Source: Nemertoderma westbladi (lineage: Eukaryota > Animalia > Xenacoelomorpha). From it: DNA of 64,000 bases. Positions 37,301 to 47,329 of the stretch are shown here, in pieces (the stretch's first letter is position 1; each line of letters begins with the position of its first letter). The translations under genes were made by a program, and so were the position numbers. The stretch is taken from contig JAUCBJ010004177.1 of NCBI GenBank assembly GCA_032718475.1, positions 18,861-82,860 of the forward strand, given 5' to 3'. Below the pieces are notes generated by a model. The model saw only the letters and a program-made list of their open reading frames with translations, did not search any database and had not been told where the DNA came from.

Positions 37301-40300
37301 TGTAGGGCATACTGTAGGTCTTACTGCACATATCGTAGGCCATACTGAGAGAGGCAATGTAGGCGATAGGATAGCGCGGACAACGGGATTAAACCCGGAA
37401 GTCGCGGAATACATACCGGCGAGTAGGCCAGAAGCTGATAGGCCTATACCGGTACCAGCACAGCAGTATGACTACAGCATGCAGGGACATAACATACACC
37501 CAGGGGAGGGGGGAATTATTGCGGATAGGTGTATGGGCCCCAACATATTAACATCAACCCCAGTACCAGACATACCGGTGGGGGGGGGGACAGGGTGACA
37601 TTCCCCCATCACAATATCAACAATATACCCCGACAGGAACAAGAACAACGAGACCCCTAGATGAAAACAGGTCGTGTGATACAGACATATGGAGGGGGCC
37701 GCTACCCCCGATGACATATCCGAGTCAGAGAAGATCAAGAAATAGGACGGACGAACCACACCAGACAAGGGAAACTATACAGCACCCGTCGAATCCATTA
37801 GAAGCGCAGGCAATGGGGATGGCCACGTTGATCGATGCGTTGAAAACGAGGATCGAATTACCACCCGTGGAACCGTTCAAATTCGATGGGAGCAGGCCGG
37901 AAGAATACTTACAGTTTCGGCGAATGTATAGTAACGAAATACTAACAAAAAACTTGACGCAGGCGGAGTGCCTAAAGTATCTACAAGTGTACACGGGAGG
38001 CCCAGCATACGATATCGTGAGGCAATACCAAGGAATAGAGGGCGGCTTCACGACAGCATGGCGGGCACTGGATAGGGAATACGGGCACCCGGCCAAGATC
38101 ATCAGGCAGACGCTGAGAGGCATAACATCGGGTGGCCTACAGGATAATCCCGTTAGCATTAAGACGTTTGCTAACAAAGTCGAGAAGGCGCTGATCGTGC
38201 TGAAGACGCTAGACGCGCCATACGAACTCAACGCGTCCAATAACATCACCACGATAGCGCAGGCACTACCGAGCTGGCTGCGCAACAAATGGAGGAAGGT
38301 CGCTTTCTCCACCCGAGACAAGAAGGGTACGGAACCAGGTTTAGAAGAAATGTCAAACTTCTTAAATTACGAGGCTGAACTAATAACGGACCCAGTTTAT
38401 AGTGAAGATAGCCTGGGAAAGGGACCAAAGACGGATCATTATAGGCCCAAACCAGAGCACAATACATCGAACGCGTTACCGAGACTCAGGCAATCATTTC
38501 CATATGCAGCGACGCAGGGGACTGCAAGTCCACAGGCAAGCGAAGATAGGACAACATCAAGGGACGGACAGGGGAACAATAACAACATGAATAAACATAA
38601 CCCCAATACGTCCAGTAGGTCAAACCCAGTCAATAAGAATAGTAGGGACTTTGGTACGAATATAACTGCGATACGCAACGCATTATATAAAGAGGGCTAT
38701 GACCCAAAGAGCAAATGCCAGTTACACGCAAATGCGCTTCATAAAACCATGAACTGCAGGTACTGGCAGGCGCTACCGAGGCAAGACCAGATAGATTACG
38801 CGTCGAGCAATAAAATCTGCTCGCGATGTGTGAAGAGTGGACACAAGGCCAGGGAATGCCAAGAGAAGCCGGTCAAGTTTGGCCAAAGGAGAGGCCAGAC
38901 GATGGCAACAAGCACAATAGGGGCGAAGAAGAGAGGAACAGTGCTACTTGGAGTAGTACCAGTACGAGTGATTGGGGAAGGCAATCGATCAGTAACAACA
39001 CTAATGCTGGTTGATAGTGGAGCCGCCTTCACATTAGTTGAGGAATGGATAGCCGAAGAAATAGGGTTGAGAACGAGGCCAAGCAGGATGGCGGTGACAA
39101 CCATCTCTAGCAAAGACGAGATCCTAGAGATGAGGACAGGACGGTGCGCAATTGCAGCAGTGGCACCAGGATGCGATTATGGGGCAACCATCGACCCCAT
39201 CCAAGTAATAGAGTCAATTAACATCAATGCCAGGCGGCCAACGAACATCGAGGTCGAGCAATACAAATTCCTGGACAACATTGACTTCTCAATCCCAGAC
39301 GTGGACGTTAGGAAGGTATCCATCATAGTAGGAATGGACTGCCCGACGGCCCACGAAAGAATGCAAACGGTCTTCGGCGAAGACAAGCAGAGTGACCCGG
39401 TGGCCATATTAACACCATTCGGGTGGACACTGACAGGCCCAATTAAGAGTAATATACCATTCAATGTGTCCGAGAGTTCAGGATGCATGGTGCCAGGAAC
39501 CGACGAGATAGAGGAGAGGTCAGAGATGGGCAATAGTGGTAGACAGCTAGAAGTAGGAGCAACACCAAGAGAGTGGGCGGAGGAGAATGGTATGGATGCA
39601 GAAGATCTGGAGACGATGGGTTGGAATAAGGGTCCCAGCAAGTATCGGTATGGAGACGGAGAGGAGCGGACGGTGGAGTGTCGGGAGGACAAACCGGAGA
39701 AGTGTCCGGTCGAGTGTCCAGAGGAGCGTCCGGAAGAGACGCCGGTCCGGTTGAGAGGCATACCGACAAGGGGGAAGCCGAGTAAGAATACAAGATGGAA
39801 AGGGAGAAGATGTGAGACGATCAGACCAGGGGCAGAGAAGCCCATGAATAAACATACGGTGGACAAAGGAGCCGGGAGAATAGGAGGCGTGCTGCGTACG
39901 CACGCGGAACTAACAGAGTGCGAGGGGGCATTACATGGGCAGACATCGAGTACACCGAAGGACGAACGGGGGTCGTTGAAGCCTTTAATGCCAGCACACA
40001 TATTAAGGGGGAGGCCAGCAGAGGTGGCACCTAAGATTAAGGAGAAGAACAGGGGCGGCATTATACCGCCGGGTGACACGTTGAAGGGTGGCACTTTGCC
40101 GCCAAGGGACGACCACGAGATCAGAAACATAAATAGAAGACAGCATTTACAAAAACAGGAGAAAAGACCACCTATCGAATTAACAAGGAGAGCGGAGCGA
40201 AGAATTAGAGAACCTATAGGGGGGCAGTGGGAGAGTTGCCTGCTGGAGGAATCACCCCTTGGGTCGCTGAGTTGTCCAACAGGTTGGACTGGGATGGAAG

Positions 40301-40314
40301 AGTTAGATCCGTAA
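34373..40314 (+). CDS. Gag-protease polyprotein (~1,980 aa if two +1 shifts at poly-G runs ~36666-36675 and ~37580-37589 are corrected); C-terminus is a scrambled pol remnant
   Basis: ORFs 34373-36703, 36591-37598 and 37591-40314 join at G homopolymers; PFKFDGSRPEEYLQF…YLQVYTGGPA…LDREYG (BEL/Pao Gag), CQLH…H…C and CSRCVKSGHKAREC knuckles, LVDSGAAFTLV protease, AILTPFGWTLTGP. Confidence 0.8.
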
Positions 40315-40477
40315 AAGGTGCGGGCAGAGGTGTTACCTGTCTTCTAGAAGGGGCACCTTAAATTAGAGTTAGTGTGAAGTTTAGTCGTCCAAGTTTTGGA
40401 CTGAGGGGGGTGGGATTAAGGGCGAGACGCCCTTCCCACACAAATAAAATAAAATAAAAATAAAAATAAATAAAAGT

Positions 40478-41135
40478 TAGTTAGTTAGTAGGTACGTAGT
40501 ACCTAGAGTTAGTTAGTTAATAGGTACGTAGTACCTAGAGTTAGTTAGTTAATAGGTACGTAGTACCTAGAGTTAGTTAGTTAATAGGTACGTAATACCT
40601 AGAGTTAGTTAGTTAATAGGTACGTAGTACCTAGAGTTAGTTAGTTAATAGGTACGTAGTACCTAGAGTTAGTTAGTTAGTAGGTACGTAGTACCTAGAG
40701 TTAGAGTTAGTAGGTACGTAGTACCTAGTTAGAGTTAGAGTTAGTAGGTACGTAGTACCTAGTTAGAGTTAGAGTTAGTAGGTACGTAGTACCTAGTTAG
40801 AGTTAGAGTTAGTAGGTACGTAGTACCTAGTTAGAGTTAGAGGGTACGTAATGCCTAGTTAGAGTTAGAGTTAGAGGGTAGGTAGTACCGATAGAGTTAG
40901 AGTTAGTAGGTACGTAGTACCTAGTTAGAGTTAGAGTTAGTAGGTACGTAGTACCTAGTCAGAGTTAGAGTTAGAGGGTACGTAGTACCATTAGTTAGAG
41001 TTAGAGTTGGAGGGTGCGTAATGCCTAGTTAGAGTTAGAGTTAGAGGGTAGGTAGTACCGATAGAGTTAGAGTTAGTAGGTACGTGGTACCTAGTTAGAG
41101 TTAGAGTTAGAGGGTACGTAGTACCATTAGTTAGA
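40478..41135 (+). repeat. Internal tandem array of 30-34-bp units, each with hairpin TAGGTAC-GTA-GTACCTA and TTAG/TTAGAG spacers (~18-20 units)
   Basis: Directly visible tandem units between the pol remnant and the accessory ORF. Confidence 0.93.
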
Positions 41136-41747
41136 GAGAGAGAGTAAGAGGTAAAAGGGGTAAAATAAGATATAGATATTAGATAGCAGTAAGTAGAGTT
41201 AGTAGTGAGAGGGGGGCATATGAGTGCAGCTGGATAAATCGTGTGGCCACACGACGCATACTGCTGTACTGCATAGGCCCACTGAGTAGGCCAGAATATG
41301 GATCAGAGAATAGAATAAATCCATAGGCAGTAGTAAGTAGTAGGACAGTAGAATCAAAGCAAAATAAATAAGTAAATAGAATAGGGCTAAAAAATCGAAA
41401 ATAGTGGTAACACAAGGAAAGTCGTTCTAGAACATAATAAAAGTAACGGACGGAAATCGTAAATTAGGCTGATTTACTAGCTCCGAAATTAATTAGATTA
41501 AATTAAGCTTGAAAGGCGCAGTTAAGTAGAAAAGTAGGCCATTATCGAACTGTAGGAAACATCTCAATACATCACTCATCTGTATTGCGCCTTGGTAAGG
41601 CACCACCCTACAGGTGAGCGAGTGTAGTGTTCGGAATGGCGAGTAAGCTGATCAGGAAGAGAAAAGCGGAGTCAGGAGGTATATCAGTTTCGCAGAGGAG
41701 CGATAAAGGTATATCAGAAGCGATATATCCTGCAGGAGGACTGGATA

Positions 41748-43394
41748 ATGATAAGTTTGCTTAACTTATTCATGACCGTAGTTATCGAAAGGGAACCAGG
41801 GGCATTTCTGTTATCGGGATCACCCCTAAGCTACAGGAGAGCCTTTAAGACGGCCTTTGACGGTCTGGTAGACCACCCGGGGCTGAAGGGCGAGTCGGTG
41901 TACTACAACAGCCGACATCTGGTAGATGGGGAGACAGATACACCGTATCAGAGATGGGAGCAGCTAGAGATGGATAGACGGGAAGCAAAGCGACTGGAAG
42001 AAGTCGCTAGACGGGAGAGGATAGAAGCAGAGGAGAGGGAAGAGGAGGCCAGGGCACAGAGTTACGGCTTCGAGGAACAGGCGGGCCTAGACGAACTTCA
42101 TTGGACTTCGTCGGGGAGTTCGGGGGAGTCTCTAGGACAAGAATTGGGATGGACGGTGGGATCGCCGAAACAGTCGACGTCGGGGTTGCAGACGATGCCC
42201 ATACCAGCGGGCACCGAGGGCGACCAACCGCCAAGGAAGCTAAGGGAGCTAGAGGGATGAAGAGCTACGGGCGAAAGCCAAGGCGGGAAGGGACATAGTG
42301 GATCCATCGGGATACCGGGATTGGAGACGCTACCGGAAGAAGAGGACGACGACGACGAATTCGGAGAGATACCGCCCATCGAAAGGATAGGCCACTCGGA
42401 CACGGACTGGGTTGGCGGAAGGGTGGTGACGGCCAGTGGGGCAAGGGCCTTCTGGAACAGATCCGGCAAGCGGACCTGGGTGCACGAGGGGCCGGCGATG
42501 GATTTCGCGGGGAGCACCATCAGGTTGGGCGAGCAACCGGGGACGGCACCACGGATAGTATTCGGGGAGACGATGCCCGAGAGGGGCGGAGAGATAGACG
42601 TAAACAGGGAGAGCAACGTAGAGAAGTTCGCCTACCAGCGACTCCATAGACCGCGGAGATCGCTTGGGACGAAGGACGAGGTGGGACGCGAGACATTGGT
42701 ACTCGGCTGCGACTACTGTGGGAGACAGACCCATCAGGAAAGCAGCTGCCTATACCGGTTCCAACGGGGAACCTTTTGTCTCTATTGTAGAGAACCAAGT
42801 CACAGGATGGGGGCGTGTCCACGGTTGCATAACCGATGTCCAAAGTGCCACTTTCGGGGGCACTACGGACGCGAGTGCGACTGGATGAGCGACGAGGAGA
42901 AGTTCACGAGGTTCGAGGAGTGGGCCGACGTCGGGGCCATGACGCGCCAGCGCATGAAGGCCCAAGAGTTCAAGTGGGGTTTCTTCCTCATAAACCAGGA
43001 GACCCACATGGTAATCATAAAGCGAAGGTTACCGTTTACCTATCAAGAGGTAGCTACGGCGGCATCGTTCGCCGGAGTTATGAACACGCAACGGTACCTG
43101 GACAGGTGGACACCAGAGAACCGGAGGGAGTTTAGGGATTTCTTGGCGGAACACGTACCAAAGGCAATGAAGATGATCCTATGGGACGCCACACGAGGGA
43201 AACAACCAGGCCATTCTGAGGGGCCACCGGCGAAGCGGTGTCGGGCTTTAATAACACCAGCGCCCAAGGAGCCGACGACCGGGATCAGCAAGGAAGTGGC
43301 AGCGAAGGTCCGGAAGCAGAAAGCGGATGATGCCAGAGGAGCAGTGATAACCAAGAAACGGGCCAGGGAGGAGGACGTGAGGAGGTACAGATGA
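41748..43394 (+). CDS. Accessory ORF of the LTR element: ~548 codons with three CCHC zinc knuckles; one in-frame TGA at 42258-42260
   Basis: ORFs 41748-42260 and 42321-43394 share a frame and the linker between them is open; CDYCGRQTHQESSC, CLYCREPSHRMGAC, CPKCHFRGHYGREC (42708-42878); acidic stretch and basic NLS-like PPAKRCR / KKRAR. Confidence 0.78.
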
Positions 43395-44064
43395 GTTCCC
43401 GGAGGCGAGGGAATGAGACTGAGACTGGGACGTGGTGCGCCTGGAAGGCGCCGCATGTAACGTACGAACTATTAAGTATAAATTTAATTAATGCAAATAA
43501 CTATATAAGTGCAATTCGTATGTACGTACGTAGTGATTAGCAGTAAAATACATACGTTTGGAGTAAGTACTATAGTCATACAACCTTTCTCAATTAGCTA
43601 CTGGGACTGGGGGACAATTGACTATGGCACTATGGACGAGACAACTGACAATTTCACACTTCTTGAGTGCGGCGGCACGAGAGGGGGGGGAGGTTCGTCA
43701 GGAGAGATGGAGCAGTCAAAGTGGACTTGAGAATCGGAATAAGAGTGTGAAGTGCGGAGAGAGTGCGAGCGCAATTCTAGCGTGGGGGGGGGAGAATGAG
43801 AGGCTGAGTAAGGGACGAGGAGGTCCGGGGGTATGAGAGAGTTAGGGTGAGAGTGAAGGTTAGATAGGGCGTAAGTGTTGGGGAAACAAAATCGCGTGAA
43901 GAGGTGAGCGCGATCGGCCCGACATGAGACGCCAGGCGTAAAGGGTAGCGTTATCATACCCAGAGGGAGCGGCCTGGAAAGCCGACTCCGAGAGAAAAGA
44001 TTTCCACCCCACACCCGATGCTAGATCGGGATCCAGCGGGATTGTAGCGCACTTTTTTTGGTTG

Positions 44065-44102
44065 ATGCTATCTTCTTACCGGGAAGATAGCATGGGGGGG
44101 AG
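44065..44102 (+). promoter_or_regulatory. Polypurine tract (GGGGGGGAG) preceded by an 11-bp perfect stem-loop
   Basis: ATGCTATCTTC-TTACCGG-GAAGATAGCAT, then the G-tract abutting the TG of the 3' LTR. Confidence 0.85.
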
Positions 44103-44640
44103 TGTTAGCTTATTCAATCCCGCCAACACCCCATAAAGTTATTAGCCGATAAGCAATATTGGGAGCCGCGAGATTGGGTAATTAACCAACTCGCGCCATC
44201 CCAATAAGAATGGGAAGGAAGCACACAATAGAGGGTCAGGGGCCAAACCCCTAACCCAAGGAGAACAGGTGGAGTGAACGGGAATACTCCACGGGGCGCC
44301 AACAAGGGTATTAACCAATCAGAGGGGGGAATGGCATCGATTGAGTAGCAGTAAGGCCACCATGCAATATAACCAATAACCTATTAATCAGTGATTCAGT
44401 TATACCAGTGCAGCAGTGCTAGCGTAGGGTACAGCCAATTAGTTTAGTTAGGGGATCACGGGACTTTAGTTACCGTATCCCGCCTTGTACACATTCACAA
44501 CATATCTATATCTTATAACCTCCTATTATACACCGAACTTCAGAACTCAGTCACTTTATTTCATCCTTATACACGGCGGGGACGCGTGGACTAAATTACC
44601 ACAACCGGATAAATCGGGATCCCTCTTGGATCCCGTCACA
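44103..44640 (+). repeat. 3' LTR (538 bp)
   Basis: Direct repeat of 33755-34293 with about 11 differences by manual alignment. Confidence 0.96.
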
Positions 44641-45049
44641 ATAATTGAAAAATGGTCCCCACAGCAGCTCACTGATAGTCACGGATAGTAGCACCAAATC
44701 TAATTTGGGAGGATCAGGAAACACAGCTGTTTCTCTAAAGAGCAGCATTTGCCTTAAGACGACATCATCTATAACTTAGAATAATATAATTATATTTTAC
44801 AATAATAATAATAATATTGACAGTGTCCTTTAATCACAGGTATTTTATGGAAAAAATATGAACTCAGGAGTTATCCTACTGCATACTCCTAATGTATATT
44901 ATCCGCTTTACTGAAATTTAAAATGAAGGTATTCGACTTTTATACTAGTTGATCTTAGCTGGAATAGAATAGGCCACGAATAAGAGTAATCAATAAAAAT
45001 TAATTCCATGGCAGGTACCATGGAATCAGGCTCACCTCTTCTATATTTT

Positions 45050-45900
45050 AGGATTCTATACTATATGAGATCAATCTTCACTTTCTGTAGGTGCACAGAG
45101 AGGTTCATGGTGACAGCCATAAGAATGTAGAACTTAATGAAGAACTATCATCATTAGCTTCTGCAAAATAAACAAGTGCAGTTACAATGGATGGATATAA
45201 TGCGTCAAACATCTTCAAACATGATGAAATAACCATTGTGGTTTACATATAGACCTAAGGTGTTGTCTACATCTAGCTGTTTCACCATCCCCAGTTGGGG
45301 ATGCCCAAAAATATGTTGCTTTGAAGTTCATGGATACCATGGCGTTTCGAATGTGTCAAACTCCACAAGCATTGGTCAATGATGAGTTTAGCATTATGGA
45401 GATGCAGTAAATGTACATGGTCGTTAAATAGACCCTTAAATTTCGCAGCCCCATCATAACCCAGTCCCATCTGTATTAATAACTTATTCTGAAAGAATAT
45501 GGATAATATTTTATCAACCAGAACATTCCCAGTGAGATCTATCCCTTTCGGCAAAAACAATAAACTGTTTTATTTTATTTATTTTTCTCACTCGATAGAG
45601 CGATGCAAGTAATTTCACCCCCATTTAAAGCTGAAATAAATATTGTACAGTATATTTATTTTATTGATGGCTATAGAATACGAATCGCAAAGTTTTGGCA
45701 GAACGCGAATGTATTCACTAACCTCTTCCAATTCGGACGATTTCTCTCCACTCAACCTGGCGGTACAACTACTGCAGCTTCTTGGATTCTCATTGGTTGG
45801 TATCTTCAATTCTGGTCGAATTGCATTGGACAGATTTATTTTCTTCAATGAATAACATTTAAAACTTAAAGTTAACAAGATTTGCTGATAATCCAATTTA
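45050..45900 (-). pseudogene. Degenerate hAT transposase remnant
   Basis: DLTGNVLVDKIL…GLGYDGAAKFKGLFN and AVTMNLSVHLQKVKIDL resemble the hAT motifs GQxYDGAxxMxG and LSxxLQxxxxDL. Confidence 0.6.
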
Positions 45901-47329
45901 TCTTCCTTCAGTAAAATATCTAACTTTCAAGAAAATAAGAAAATATGCATATAAGAAAATAATATTTTCTCATTTTATTATGAGGCTAAACCATTTACAA
46001 AAGTTTGTGATTTTATAAATGATCTTGTACAGTGAGACAAGTACATTACATTAAATAAATACCTACTGAATTTATATTAAAGCATAATGATCATTTGACA
46101 TAATGATGTCAAATGTTTCACAGTATCAATTCTTCCACTACATGGGCCATAGGTTCCATTCCATGTCTTTTTTGATGATTCACAGTGGAAAAACAGATCA
46201 GACGATGCGGATGAGACGGGTGAGAACTCTTGATGAAATGGGTGAGATCCCTAGACTAAGACCAGCCTATACAAGATGTAAAGCTTCTTTTAATGATGGT
46301 TGCTTTTAGGCCCAAAAGCATTTGTAAAGTATGAAAGCAGACAACAAAATTCAATGAAATTAGTATATCAGTACAAGTCAACTATGTACAAACTTGTAGG
46401 TATACACTGTGTTATATTACTTGGGATACATGCAAAGTTTGTGTGCAATCATTGCCCGTGTCCAATCTTCACCCACGTCCAATCTTTGCCTGCATCCAGG
46501 ATGGACTTGGTAGAGCATTTGTTGGCCTGGACATAAGAGGTGCAGGTGGCATCAGCGTTTATAACTGCGATATTGAATGACGCCATTACTCTCTGGTTAG
46601 CCCAGACGCACACCCCCTACCTCCCTTCCCTATCCAGATATCCATGGGATAGGGTGAACTTCTGCTCCATGCTCCAGGTCCCGAAAGCCAATGGTAGAAC
46701 TGAGGTAGGTAGCATCCAGGAAACTGGGTTAGGCAGTCAACCATCAGCTCTTATTGAAGAGTGCGTTGAGTCACTGATTCAATTTAAATCAAATTAAATT
46801 AAATTAAATTTAAATTAAATGTTAATATGTACATATCTCTAAATTAATCAGGACTCAGATGGGTGTGATTCAGAACAGATGGCTTCGCTGACAGTGAACT
46901 CCTTCCTATCTTGTATTTAATAATAATAATATTGTTTACTCCATCCCATGGGCCATAATTTCACTTCAAGCTCACAGTTCACCTCCGATTTATGCAGTAA
47001 TGAGTATACAGCCTCCGGTTGCTGCCTATAGTGATCTTCCTGTTTGATATGACTCTCCAGCACAACATTTCGAAAATATGTTGTATGGAGTGTTGTGTTT
47101 AGGGGGCTTTGGGGGCAAATCACCTCTGAAACATGAGCTCTTGTGCTCAGAGCCAGATCGAACTGGCTCTGACTCCCTTAAGAGGATCACTCAGATCCAT
47201 CCCGCCACGGAGGACATGGAGGTCTAGGTCAATGTTGTGCAGTGTCAAACAAGGCATAGACAAAGTCGTACATCAATGCTAGGTGTATGGTTGAGGTATC
47301 TTGTTCTACTCCAGTGATTGTGCTCCAGT

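Larger units (their letters stand above)
33755..44640 (+). mobile_element. Structurally complete, non-autonomous BEL/Pao-type LTR retrotransposon with accessory ORF
   Basis: TG…CA LTRs, 5-bp TSD ATAAT (33750-33754, 44641-44645), polypurine tract, BEL-type Gag and protease motifs; no RT or RNase H motifs. Confidence 0.93.

Noticed and set aside
34317-40130. Antisense and alternate-frame ORFs over the LTR element (e.g. 34317-35027, 39177-40130)
   Set aside because: Expected shadows of GC-rich, purine-biased coding sequence; no recognisable motifs.
40690-41135. TTAGAG hexamers as interstitial telomeric repeat
   Set aside because: Only 2-3 copies per unit, embedded in the hairpin array of the LTR element; not a canonical TTAGG or TTAGGG tract.
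41748-43394. env gene
   Set aside because: No convincing signal peptide, transmembrane anchor or fusion-protein cysteine pattern; the cysteines form CCHC knuckles.
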